A DNA stretch of 61,128 nucleotides from positions 1 to 61,128 of the IMG/VR virus record IMGVR_UViG_3300025000_000994. One strand, 5' to 3'. Below the pieces are notes generated by a model that saw nothing but the letters and a program-made list of their open reading frames with translations, was not told the origin of the DNA and did no database searches. Positions 27,001 through 36,181 of this stretch are shown here, one piece after another. The position numbers were made by a program, and so were the translations under genes. Every line of letters starts with the position of its first letter. The first letter of the stretch is position 1. The DNA is from a virus. Its lineage: Duplodnaviria > Caudoviricetes.

Positions 27001-27639
27001 AGAAGGCTTAGAAGCCTTGCCCATTACGCCAGCTCTCGACAAATCATCTACTATACCACCGCCGATATACGTTGTAGGGTCAAGCCCTGCACTTATCAAC
27101 ATATCAATTGCTTGACTTGCAATTGCACCGCCTTTACCGGTTTCAGCAAGGCTACGCAATGCCTTGTCATATGCAGGAGGAAGAATATCGTTCCTCAGTG
27201 ACCTTTCAGACCAATCAAGCGGTTTGCCTTCAACCGCATTGCCGATATTGCTCACCGTCTGCATCATAGCTTGCGGCACGGCGTTAGCTATTCTGATTGC
27301 TGTGCCAGCACCATAATTGACAATATCCTTGCCAACCTTTGCAAGCCCTGTATCTTCTTTGTAAACAGGGATAAGGTTCTGACCAACGACATTATACCGC
27401 GATGTGTCAATAGGCGTTTGTGTAGAAGGTTTCTGTACGGTTGGCTTCTGCGTTACAAGTTTAGTAGGAAGCGTTGAAGCCTTCTTTAAATTATCTGATA
27501 AGGCATAACTCATCGTCGGCTTGCTACCTTCATCAAGGCGCGATTCCTTAAATTCTTCATTTTTTTTGAGTGGTTTTTTCTCGGTCTTATTCCATGGTCT
27601 TGTTGATGTTGTTTGCTTTTTATTACTCCACTGTCTCAT
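24016..27639 (-). CDS. Large internal virion/ejection protein
   Basis: 1207 aa, helical with hydrophobic patches; last structural gene before lysis; internal NLQLFA motif. Confidence 0.65.
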   Translation of the reverse strand: MRQWSNKKQTTSTRPWNKTEKKPLKKNEEFKESRLDEGSKPTMSYALSDNLKKASTLPTKLVTQKPTVQKPSTQTPIDTSRYNVVGQNLIPVYKEDTGLAKVGKDIVNYGAGTAIRIANAVPQAMMQTVSNIGNAVEGKPLDWSERSLRNDILPPAYDKALRSLAETGKGGAIASQAIDMLISAGLDPTTYIGGGIVDDLSRAGVMGKASKPSTEFVKLVGERQQAMLAKNTVKQVAGVADDIKAEQPIAQPTQAVQPKIEAEQVNTPKLSNEEIAKQRVQEVARQAEENHKKKAVQPKPVPEEQTIRRTIAAADGTAETEAQSMKVNTPTANEVVQNGVQDVTTPNVETLAKTADVTDYSPKTTAQKKYVEQVTARLPDTEDELGKMVVELENAKSVEKDGHKLLKINLQLFAAKKKLEGLSKVYSNTLKNTDAIPQEVKNLLDEDDFRYDPLTEKQQLETARTKINADAEGELKRIQDLSRTQYNQDDVNVGMELLHDLSNKTDLSDTDIANIRKTAKGVSQAGRTQGRGVQAFAKYTRTKEGVIASTQKVVDKIEDGIKKTNPKLMDKVKKEAGEIFDKAKKEGKEADYDKILSQVKRKYNVPDLTDGDIKAIADYMDKYKSAIPGSREAKEAWYKVMQIMSNKIPPTLVDKFRGLQRVSYLLNPKTLLIRNPTGNVIMNIAETIKDLPGAMVDKVTSAIRKSDRTTALPSAGRLKAQLKGGGEGLGEALKDIKAGVDTSPTVGMLEMPRRDVFDNNKLLGRALNKADKLVGQMLQLGDRPFYQAAYDERISDLLKLGKTKEVTQEMMDMANDYALERVFQNDSGIAQVFKALKTPPAKAPQGLKDAWGFIMNGIIPFSKTPANILNKLLEYSPAGLAKAIGHGAYSKAGKTVFNQKYFVDNIARGLTGTGLALLGYAAASKGIIKGKTDSDKDVAALERLMGINSYSFVVDGKSYTFDWAQPVGSVLAAGADAYYSGMNKDNFSEQLNAALQGYGNTFFNQSMMQSLTRFLNTYNPISGVVNSALNTANIITPTLGSQVAKTIDPYVRDTSADTGIGETVNKQLARIPGLSMTLPKKIDTLGQEQKQSQGRGTLARAFEQFISPGYFGDTEKANVTMKRIYNVYKATDDKTVFPKLAPDDFTREGNKVKLTAEQKREWQKISGKYYSDNFNKRIDGKSNNEARAKALKKLADDAYEYAKKELF

Positions 27640-27650
27640 ATAACTACCTC

Positions 27651-29237
27651 CTATTTCGGAAGTCCTAATAAATCAGCAAGGGCATCCTTTTCATCCGGTT
27701 CAAGATTCTGCATATCAACATAATTGAAAATATCGTCAACCGTGTATCTAGGTTCATCGCCAATCTTTTCTTTCATCATGGAAACAGCACGGTCATAGAA
27801 TGGTTTTACCTTTTCAGGTATCGCCGGAGTATCCACTCCATAACTCTTTTGCGTTTTCATGGAACTCGACAACTCTGTCAATAGCTTGTTGTATAATTTG
27901 TCACCGATTAAGGCGATATTATCTTTTGAATGAGCCATCAGCCAATTATAGGCTTTGAGCGGGTCATTTGCGTATGCTCCATTGCCACCGCCAAAGTATA
28001 TATCCTTCAATTGGTAATACTGTGATACTTGTTGCTCTGTACCTAATTTTGATGGGTCTGCTGTGCTTTCTTCTTTTAATGCCGCAACCTTTACTTCTTT
28101 TTGATATTGAGCGTTAATAATTGCAAGCTGATTTGCAAGAGATTGTTTCTGTTCTGCTAACCTTTCAGCCGCCGCCTCTTTTGCTTCTCTTGCCTCTTTG
28201 CTCAATGTTCCTGCTGGAACGCCTAATGTAATAGAAGAAGCATTATCCACGTATCCTAACTCGCTTGTTCTATCCCACGCATCAGATATTTTAGTTCTCT
28301 CGACTTCAACCTTTGCCTCGGCATCCCTTACGCTGTCGCGCTGTGCGTTGTAGCGGTTCGTGTAGGCATCCTGCCACTTTTTATACTGGTTATTATCCAT
28401 CGCCATAACAGCATCAAGCACCTTCGCGTATCTTTCGCCTTCGTCTTGATACCTGTTGTATTGAGTTTCATCAATCCCCATGAGCATATCAACTTGCGAC
28501 ATCAACATGTTGCCTTCGTCTTGAAAGGCTTGGCGTGCAATCTGTTGATACTGTGGCAATAAATCAGCTACGCCTTGCTGTACTTGGTTCTCTGTAACGG
28601 TAGAGTTCAATATTCCTCTACTGTTCATGGTTTCCATGACATTTCGCGTAAGTTCCTTTGAAGCAAGTTGAAACTGTTTGTCATTGGCAGGATCATAATT
28701 AAACTGTCTCGCCAATATGTTCTTGACTAATGCTTCAATTTGAGGCGCATACTGCGAATTGTACGGTTGAGAAGCCCATTGTTGATATGCATCTAAAGCG
28801 GATTGTTCCTGCTCACTGTATGGATTCTGATACACATACGGTGAAAGCAACTGGTCAATCTGTTCCTGTGAGCCATAATACGTATTATTCTGATACCCGG
28901 CTGGTGCATTGCCTTCATAATTGGTCAATCCGGCCGTATTGATAGGCATACCGTTTATAGTCACACCGTTTGTAGCATCCCATCCAACTTGTACCCCTGC
29001 CTGTGTAGCTGCATCACGCAAGCCTATCATCCCTGTGTTTGCCTGAACTGTAGGTGTGGTTGGTGCGGCTTGTATAGCTTGCGTTGTAGGTGTAGCAGGC
29101 GCAACAGGCGCTTGCGTTATTGGCGTGGATGGCGTTGCGGTCTGCGTGTTAAATATCCCGCTTATTCTCGCTTCATAATCGCCTGAGTTCTCACCCGTTT
29201 GGCGGGGATTGGCGGAGAATATTTCATCTAAGGTCAT
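27651..29237 (-). CDS. Internal virion/ejection protein
   Basis: P/T-rich linker, stalk-like LRDAATQAGVQVGWD motif, Q/Y-rich helical region. Confidence 0.6.
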   Translation of the reverse strand: MTLDEIFSANPRQTGENSGDYEARISGIFNTQTATPSTPITQAPVAPATPTTQAIQAAPTTPTVQANTGMIGLRDAATQAGVQVGWDATNGVTINGMPINTAGLTNYEGNAPAGYQNNTYYGSQEQIDQLLSPYVYQNPYSEQEQSALDAYQQWASQPYNSQYAPQIEALVKNILARQFNYDPANDKQFQLASKELTRNVMETMNSRGILNSTVTENQVQQGVADLLPQYQQIARQAFQDEGNMLMSQVDMLMGIDETQYNRYQDEGERYAKVLDAVMAMDNNQYKKWQDAYTNRYNAQRDSVRDAEAKVEVERTKISDAWDRTSELGYVDNASSITLGVPAGTLSKEAREAKEAAAERLAEQKQSLANQLAIINAQYQKEVKVAALKEESTADPSKLGTEQQVSQYYQLKDIYFGGGNGAYANDPLKAYNWLMAHSKDNIALIGDKLYNKLLTELSSSMKTQKSYGVDTPAIPEKVKPFYDRAVSMMKEKIGDEPRYTVDDIFNYVDMQNLEPDEKDALADLLGLPK

Positions 29238-29319
29238 GTAATCAACTCCCTATTGTATAATTTTACATAAAAAAAGAACACCCCATTGGCGTTCTTTGGA
29301 TTATTTATTAAGTTGTATT

Positions 29320-29760
29320 TTATTTTAGATTTTTTACAGCTTCATTGATCATTTTCTGTACATCTGACTTTTTGATATATCCATTGTTATTTAACCATTG
29401 CTCTGTAGCAATTCTGCTGTTTCCAATATATCCCTCAGTTGTTGTTAGCCAAGTGTTGATTATGCCGTTATAGTTCATTATTTGCAGTATACCGGAATCT
29501 GTATCTTTTAAAGTCCCAAGCGCAACCCTGCTAAAATCTTCTGCTTCCTTATTGGCGTAGTTGTATAAGACTATTGTCCCACCGATATTTGCACCTTCAC
29601 CGGATTCTGCACCTATTTTCACATTTAATTCATCATCAGCATTGAATAATCTTATGACTTCGCCTTTAACATCATCATATATTTCTGCGGGTGAAGCAAA
29701 AACAGAAACACTAAATGCCAGGATAAATCCCACAACAACACCTAAAAATATTTTCTTCAT
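29320..29760 (-). CDS. Moron: signal-peptide-bearing paralogue of the adjacent tail needle/spike domain
   Basis: Signal peptide MKKIFLGVVVGFILAFSVSVFA; own promoter and terminator; clear similarity to 29807-30649. Confidence 0.75.
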   Translation of the reverse strand: MKKIFLGVVVGFILAFSVSVFASPAEIYDDVKGEVIRLFNADDELNVKIGAESGEGANIGGTIVLYNYANKEAEDFSRVALGTLKDTDSGILQIMNYNGIINTWLTTTEGYIGNSRIATEQWLNNNGYIKKSDVQKMINEAVKNLK

Positions 29761-29806
29761 AAATAATCAACTCCTTTGGAATAATATTGTACCATCTTTA
29801 ATAAAA

Positions 29807-30649
29807 TTATACAATACTTGTAATTATTCCGCCTAATACTGAAACAGTTTTCCCATCTGCCGTTGTGAAAGAACCACTTGCCCCGGAAATTATTGGTTGA
29901 AACTTACCATCTGCCCACGGCTGTGTTGCTATCGTCTGATTTGCGATATAGCCTCCACTTGACGATATGTACGATGATGATAAGTCACCCCAAAGCAATA
30001 TACTTGACACAACATCGCCACCGCCCGTACCATCATCAGCTTTCATTATTAAGCGTCCAACATTGTCATTTGTGTTCAGATTTATGATTCCCGAATGGTT
30101 TGAGCCAAGTATTCCAATCTCAACTCTTTGATAATTTATAGGATCTGCTCCACTCGGAACATCGTCATATAATATCATCGTTCCACCAGTGTTTACGCCA
30201 GCACCACTTTCAACACCGATTTTAGCGTTTAAGTTGCCACCAATATCGAATATTTTAAGCACACCGCCATATGTGTCCTTATAGGCATGAAGAAGAACCT
30301 TTGCGAGATATGTTATAAGTAATTGTCCATCAAGCACCTGTGTTCCGTTTTCGTCCAAGTACACGCTCTTTTTTCCGTTTGGGTCATAAATCTCGAACAC
30401 AAATTTAGCTTGAACCGAGTCATACCCCATCTGCAGCCTTAATACGGGTACAGTCTGTTTATCACTCATTTTTAGCACCGGCCCGTCAATCTGCGTTTCC
30501 CCGTTGGCACTCTGTATACTGCAATACTCCGTATATAGCCTCTTCACATTGTCATGGTCTAAGTTTGCCATAAGCCAATTTAATGTTCTCTTCAACATTG
30601 CTATAGTATCCTCTACCGATGGACCATCTCTTAATTCCATTATAGACAT
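29807..30649 (-). CDS. Tail needle/spike protein
   Basis: Follows the nozzle gene; beta-rich; ends SGSFTTADGKTVSVLGGIITSI, a spike-tip-like motif. Confidence 0.55.
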   Translation of the reverse strand: MSIMELRDGPSVEDTIAMLKRTLNWLMANLDHDNVKRLYTEYCSIQSANGETQIDGPVLKMSDKQTVPVLRLQMGYDSVQAKFVFEIYDPNGKKSVYLDENGTQVLDGQLLITYLAKVLLHAYKDTYGGVLKIFDIGGNLNAKIGVESGAGVNTGGTMILYDDVPSGADPINYQRVEIGILGSNHSGIINLNTNDNVGRLIMKADDGTGGGDVVSSILLWGDLSSSYISSSGGYIANQTIATQPWADGKFQPIISGASGSFTTADGKTVSVLGGIITSIV

Positions 30650-30652
30650 AAA

Positions 30653-32017
30653 TCACATCTCCAATCTCAAATCGTCACCGATATAGTAAATTGTTGCCGG
30701 GCCTGTTCCCGCAAATTTCAGCCTATACCATTCGCAACTCTCTATTTCATCCGTGTACACATCAACCCTTTGTTCCGTCGCTGAGGCTGTGAAGGTATGG
30801 ACTAACACAAAGTCGTTTCCGTCAACTGTTTTGCTCACAGATAAGGTCATGGTTGAACCTATTGGTAAGTCAAACACTATTGGAATACTCCCTAATGTCT
30901 TTGTTTTAAGGTTGTTCCGGTTTAATGCTCCTGTGGTATGATACCATGATATGGCTGTTCCATTGTCCGTCAATCCGCCTTCCATATCATATATAACCCC
31001 TGTAGGGCTTACGCCGTAACAACTCTCGCCAATGGTTACAAATTGGCTTATAGCAAGGCTGTGAACGTTCCATATTTTGAATTCTGTATCGTATTCAAGG
31101 ACTATGTTATTCTCTGTCACAGCTCCGTAAGGGATTGCCCAATAGATGTACTTGCCGTTCTTTCCAGCGCAGATTTTAGCCTTATGCGCCAAGGCTATAC
31201 CATCAATAAAACTCTTTACTGCATGGCTCATTTTGACAGGCTTGCTACCTGTATAGGCTTTAATCCATCCGTAGTCCATGAAGTATAAAACTCCACCATT
31301 TTCAATAACAGACCTGTCAGATATACACCCATCATCTGATAAATCTACAAGTTGATAATTGCCTGGATATGAGCCATAAAGTTCGTGCATGGATTGGCCT
31401 GTCCAGATTACGATGTGGTCGTTAAATTCCGTTATAGCTGCCCCATCACCTTTAGCATTGGTGATTGTTATACTTCCTGCATCATCTGCTGTTGTCCAGT
31501 CGGTTATGAGGTTTAAGGCTGAGAATTTCAATTCCTTTCCTTTTAAAGCGTATACTCTGCCTTTATGAACAGCATATAGTTTTGTTGCAGGTGCAGCGGT
31601 CAAACTTACTGCATTTGTTCCATCCCATGAATATGTATCCGTGCCGTTCACAAGAATGGTGTATAAGGTTGTTCCTGTGGCAAACTCAACTATTTTACCT
31701 GTTGCGCTTGTCAATGTATCTTTAACCGTCTGCCATGCCGAACCATCCCACCGTTTCCATACAGTTCCATCCTGTACATGAGGATATTGGTTATTCCTCT
31801 GTCCTAATGCATTAGGCGTGGTTATGGCAGTAAAGGCATCATCGGTCCCTGGGCGAACAGCAAGGGCCGGATATAACCGGCTCGATACATTTCTGGAATC
31901 CCTTGCCTCACCTTCTTTGATATTGAAAGGTGTGCCATACGTGTTAATCCCTCCGCCTAAATAGATAGGCGCAGAAGGTTGAACTTTATATCTCGGAGCT
32001 CTTAAAATTGGTTTCAT
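30653..32017 (-). CDS. Tail nozzle/tubular protein B-like protein (beta-propeller)
   Basis: GGIN..GEARDSRN, HKGRVY, LKFSAL..DW and GCISDRSV. Confidence 0.7.
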   Translation of the reverse strand: MKPILRAPRYKVQPSAPIYLGGGINTYGTPFNIKEGEARDSRNVSSRLYPALAVRPGTDDAFTAITTPNALGQRNNQYPHVQDGTVWKRWDGSAWQTVKDTLTSATGKIVEFATGTTLYTILVNGTDTYSWDGTNAVSLTAAPATKLYAVHKGRVYALKGKELKFSALNLITDWTTADDAGSITITNAKGDGAAITEFNDHIVIWTGQSMHELYGSYPGNYQLVDLSDDGCISDRSVIENGGVLYFMDYGWIKAYTGSKPVKMSHAVKSFIDGIALAHKAKICAGKNGKYIYWAIPYGAVTENNIVLEYDTEFKIWNVHSLAISQFVTIGESCYGVSPTGVIYDMEGGLTDNGTAISWYHTTGALNRNNLKTKTLGSIPIVFDLPIGSTMTLSVSKTVDGNDFVLVHTFTASATEQRVDVYTDEIESCEWYRLKFAGTGPATIYYIGDDLRLEM

Positions 32018-32018
32018 A

Positions 32019-32639
32019 TTATCTGCTCCAATCCTTTAATTTCTTTGAGCGTGGGTTGTTAAGATATTTAGCAAGAAGAATCTGTCCCATGAGTTCATTA
32101 TATTTCTGCGTGTAGTTATTCGCTGTGGTGGTGTCTGGATTGCTCCCCGATCCTGCTATTTCAGCGATTGCGCCATATACTAAAATCCTGTGCCAATCCT
32201 CTCTCAACTCCGGTGTTTCGCCCGTGTTGGATGAATTCATCAATGCAGGGCGTTTTTTGAATATTAACCTTATGTTCCATCCGGTAGTATCAGGCATGGG
32301 GTATAAGCCAATTAAGCCGTTGAAGGCATCAAAGTATCTGTATCCGCTCATGTTCTCATTTAAGTCTGCGAGAGTGTATTCCTGAAACTCTGAATTTGAA
32401 GTTATTACAGCATCTTTTGTCAAACCGACATATTCAAGAAACTCAACTTCGCAATTTGTGGGCAAAGAATAAGACCACTGATCAGCAACTGTGTTAAACT
32501 CATATATGTCTTTAATCTGTAGTTCTCTGAATATTTCTCTCTGTTCATCGTTCAGAATGCTTGTTATCTCGGCATCTGTCCATGTCGCGGCTTTCGGGTA
32601 ATACCGCTTTATTTTGGTTAATATTTCAGCGAGTGTCAT
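32019..32639 (-). CDS. Head-tail adaptor/tubular protein A-like protein
   Basis: MTLAEIL..LNDEQREI..LYPMPD..WHRILVYGAIAE. Confidence 0.7.
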   Translation of the reverse strand: MTLAEILTKIKRYYPKAATWTDAEITSILNDEQREIFRELQIKDIYEFNTVADQWSYSLPTNCEVEFLEYVGLTKDAVITSNSEFQEYTLADLNENMSGYRYFDAFNGLIGLYPMPDTTGWNIRLIFKKRPALMNSSNTGETPELREDWHRILVYGAIAEIAGSGSNPDTTTANNYTQKYNELMGQILLAKYLNNPRSKKLKDWSR

Positions 32640-32679
32640 TTGACCATCTCCTTACTTCACATAATTATCCGTATGCGTT

Positions 32680-32814
32680 TTAAAATAAGTTTATATAATC
32701 TTCGTAAACCTCAACATTTGTAAATTCAACGCATCCACCTTCACAGAAAATATCCAGTTCTTTTTGCTCATCAGATAACTCATTTAATTTTTCAATTAAT
32801 GCTTTAGCTTTCAT
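32680..32814 (-). CDS. 44-aa protein inserted in the tail module
   Basis: MKAKALIEKLNELSDEQKELDIFCEGGC, related to 45612-45818. Confidence 0.55.
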   Translation of the reverse strand: MKAKALIEKLNELSDEQKELDIFCEGGCVEFTNVEVYEDYINLF

Positions 32815-33011
32815 TTATCTCACTTTCCTTGTATACTACAAATTTGTCTCCGCTACGTTGTTTACGCATTCTCTTTCCTCTGCTGATATTTGCAGTTTGT
32901 TGGCAATGCTTTTTACCAACTCGTCAACACCGTATCCTTCAGAGACAGCCCATAATACAATTGACTGCATTTTATTTAATTCATCTTGAGAAAAAATTAT
33001 AACAAACCTCC

Positions 33012-34622
33012 TTATGCATTCGGTATTCTCAATACTCTGTATCCAGTGCCGCCAGAATCATTTGCACCGATTGACACGTCAAGTCCAGCATATTTAATTG
33101 CAGGTACACTAACCTTTCCAGAACCTGTCTGCCGCGTTAATCGCAAATCTCCTGTAGCTGTTTCAACATTAATATTCCATTTACTACTTGAGTCTCCAGC
33201 TAGTAACCCGATATGGGTATTAGAACCGCATATCATCATTGGCTCCGTTGCTAATGCTGCTAGTGCCGCTAATATTCCCGCATCTGAAGCCGCAAAAACA
33301 GTACTCTTCAATTTAAACTTGTTTTGATAGCCTAAACTTGTAGACCATGTTAATACAGCATCAGTTTCAATAACAGGATCTTTTGTTCCGTTTCCTTTGT
33401 CGATATACAGCACAGTGTTTTCCCGTGATGGATAAGTATAGCTTTCTGTACCACGGGCAATAATGGAATAGGCTAGTGTTTTGTTTGAAATGCCTACGTG
33501 CATAAAGAAGTTTCCTGCCGCGCCGCTGCTAATTAAATCATTTCTTCCTCGTAATTCTATTCCTGTACCCGTGCTTGTATTATCTAAAACATGAAAACGT
33601 GTTTGCGTAAAGAAATTATTATCCGCATCGTCTACAGTTATGCCGTTCCCATTATGAATACCACCTTGAATACTTTCAAAATAATTGTATGATGTATTAC
33701 CTTTTTTACCCGCAACAGATGTTCCGCCAGTCAAAAATAGCACAGCGCCATCTTTAATTCTTTGTTTACCTGTAATCATAGAAAATACGTTTTTTTGCGA
33801 ATCCGATGCTTCTGTAATTGCTCCCGTGGTGTCTACGCCGACATATAAACCCGCTACGCCAAATTCATTAAAATATAAAGAGTCAAATCTTGAATTATTC
33901 ACACTTTTTATTACTAGTCCATAATCTGCTAAATCATTTGCTATAAAAGATATATTGCTAATTTGGCATGAATCAATACGTGTAAGTGATGTTGCGTGTG
34001 GGCATAACTCCATCATTGTTCCATTCGCTGCACCAATCCAAGTAAATCTAGTAGCAGCAATATTTCCAGATGCATCATGTATGTCACCCATACCAAATCC
34101 TATTAAATGTATGTTTGAATTATCAATAACAACCTTCGAAGCGAGTCCATAATTAGCAGGAGGAAACACGATACGTGCTCCGTTTACAGATTTAGCATAT
34201 TGAATAATTGCGTTGATTGCCTCTGAATCGTCTGTACCATCACCTTTTACAGGAACTAATGGAGCAGGCGGAGCGAAAACATTAATATATACTTGTGCTG
34301 TAGCTGCCGTATGCGAAGTAAAACTATTTACGGTTATAGTTGAACCGCCCGTGATGGTTACATTGTTACCTAAAAATGTTATGCCTGTAGTATTGGTCAA
34401 GGCAGTTATTTTATAAGTCTTACCACTTACAAAGTTAATATCTGAAACGCCTGCCGCTATAGCCGCATCAACCGCCGCCTGTACTGCCAAAGTGTCGTCC
34501 GTTACTCCGTCGCCTACTGCGCCATAGGCAGATACCCATATCTGGCCTACTTTGTTTATAAAAAAATTGCTTATTTGTGATTGTGCCGTATAAATACTTA
34601 AGAGTTCAGCTGGAGTTGGCAT
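33012..34622 (-). CDS. Tailspike with a pectate-lyase-like beta-helix
   Basis: YGAVGDGVTDDT and KGDGTDDSEAI motifs, N/G-rich beta repeats. Confidence 0.8.
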   Translation of the reverse strand: MPTPAELLSIYTAQSQISNFFINKVGQIWVSAYGAVGDGVTDDTLAVQAAVDAAIAAGVSDINFVSGKTYKITALTNTTGITFLGNNVTITGGSTITVNSFTSHTAATAQVYINVFAPPAPLVPVKGDGTDDSEAINAIIQYAKSVNGARIVFPPANYGLASKVVIDNSNIHLIGFGMGDIHDASGNIAATRFTWIGAANGTMMELCPHATSLTRIDSCQISNISFIANDLADYGLVIKSVNNSRFDSLYFNEFGVAGLYVGVDTTGAITEASDSQKNVFSMITGKQRIKDGAVLFLTGGTSVAGKKGNTSYNYFESIQGGIHNGNGITVDDADNNFFTQTRFHVLDNTSTGTGIELRGRNDLISSGAAGNFFMHVGISNKTLAYSIIARGTESYTYPSRENTVLYIDKGNGTKDPVIETDAVLTWSTSLGYQNKFKLKSTVFAASDAGILAALAALATEPMMICGSNTHIGLLAGDSSSKWNINVETATGDLRLTRQTGSGKVSVPAIKYAGLDVSIGANDSGGTGYRVLRIPNA

Positions 34623-34699
34623 ATTGCCACCTACTTTCCATAAAAATAGGACCTACCTTATAGATAAGTCCTGTGTAATATATTCCGAGGTCGAAGTAA

Positions 34700-35524
34700 T
34701 TATACTGCCGTACCTGCCGAATCTACCCATCCATTGTTTGCTGCATTACGCCATATTGGTTTATTTAGTGTTGTGTCAAACCACTGCTCACCTGCTACTG
34801 TGTTGGTTGTTGGACGTGCCGCAGTAGTGCAAGTATTAACCATCTGAACCATTTTCGTAGCTGAGTCTCTTGCATCAGTTATCTTTACGGCTTTGCCAGC
34901 TTCGCGGGCTTTTAAAACAAGGTCACCTTTCACTGCATCATATATCTGACCGCCAGTAACGCCAGAAGGTGTTTGCAATGTAATTGTGGATGTAGCGCTA
35001 TCCCAGTTAAAGTATAATTTAATAGAACCTATGGAAGCTAAAGCAAGCATATATTTGTTATTGTATAGGCAATCAATTATAAAGGCCGCATCGGTTGTAT
35101 TTGCTGGTCTTTGGTTTTGCAGTATGGCTTGTCTATCACCCGTCCAATTGAAATTTGCATCCTTAGTAACTAAAAGTAAATCTCCCCTACCATATTCAGT
35201 GTCTTCCGTAAGTTTTATAAAACTACCAGTACCAACAAAATCTGCTGGCTTATCAGGTCTCCATGTTTCATTGTGTGCGTTTTTTATTACAAATACAGAA
35301 TTAGACGCGCCTACATTGTCTATCTGCATAGCTACACCATCAGTATAATGATGTAATGCTACTGCTAACGGTTCATTACCTAAACCCTGTTGAGCGAGAT
35401 TCTCTAAATTTACTATGCCTTCTGTATCCGTTGTAGTATTTGTTACTTCAATTCTTTTATTGTCTAGGTTCGACTTAGATGCCAAGTCTGCACGTGCTTG
35501 TTGGTCTGAAAAATAATTCAGCAT
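34700..35524 (-). CDS. Tail fibre/receptor-binding-like protein
   Basis: C-terminal TTAARPT..GEQWFDTTLNKPIW..WVDSAG motif. Confidence 0.65.
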   Translation of the reverse strand: MLNYFSDQQARADLASKSNLDNKRIEVTNTTTDTEGIVNLENLAQQGLGNEPLAVALHHYTDGVAMQIDNVGASNSVFVIKNAHNETWRPDKPADFVGTGSFIKLTEDTEYGRGDLLLVTKDANFNWTGDRQAILQNQRPANTTDAAFIIDCLYNNKYMLALASIGSIKLYFNWDSATSTITLQTPSGVTGGQIYDAVKGDLVLKAREAGKAVKITDARDSATKMVQMVNTCTTAARPTTNTVAGEQWFDTTLNKPIWRNAANNGWVDSAGTAV

Positions 35525-35525
35525 A

Positions 35526-36119
35526 TTACACCTCCAAGACATAAACCTGTGCCGTTGAGCCAGTTCCATCACTTATAAGCGATATGTACTTATATTCCGA
35601 TAACACAAGCAATTCGGCCGACATTCTGCCTGTGAGTTGTCCGCTTGCTCCTGCAATATTCGCCACGCCTTTAGTGTTAAACCATGTATTCCCTGCGATA
35701 TTTTCAACAATAATATCTCTGCCCGTCACATCAAAGTATAGACACCCTGTAGAAAGCTTACCTGCTGTAATGGTGGCTATAGCAAGACCGCCTGACTTCT
35801 CACGGATAGTAATTGTTCCTGTTGCTCTTGCACTGATATTGCCGTATTTATCACCCAAAAATGCGCCATAAAATGTTTTCCATTTTGGAACAAGAACGCT
35901 ATCAACAGCAGTCGTGCCGTTCAATGTGAGCTGTTTTGCTTGGAACACATCTGAGTTATCAATACCAAACAGCGTTATAATCTGCGTATCGCCTGCATTG
36001 TCCGATATAACCTGTATATCATCGTTGGCAGGCTGATTCGAAGTTGATATTGCTGTCAGTTCAAAGATTGGGATAATAGTTTTTATCGCTCTGTGAAGGG
36101 CTTTAACAAGTGTACTCAT
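35526..36119 (-). CDS. Virion structural protein
   Basis: Position and beta-rich composition. Confidence 0.55.
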   Translation of the reverse strand: MSTLVKALHRAIKTIIPIFELTAISTSNQPANDDIQVISDNAGDTQIITLFGIDNSDVFQAKQLTLNGTTAVDSVLVPKWKTFYGAFLGDKYGNISARATGTITIREKSGGLAIATITAGKLSTGCLYFDVTGRDIIVENIAGNTWFNTKGVANIAGASGQLTGRMSAELLVLSEYKYISLISDGTGSTAQVYVLEV

Positions 36120-36181
36120 ATTTCATTCTCCTTTTCAGAATGTTATTTTCAAAGTTAAAGGGGCATGGTTAGCCCCTATGT

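Noticed and set aside
24263-27477. Numerous plus-strand ORFs opposite long minus-strand genes (here and throughout)
   Set aside because: Shadow ORFs without RBS or recognisable motifs, fully overlapping well-supported genes
33012-35524. Diversity-generating retroelement or invertase shufflon acting on tail genes
   Set aside because: No reverse transcriptase, no template/variable repeat pair and no adjacent invertase; the candidate sites are in direct orientation
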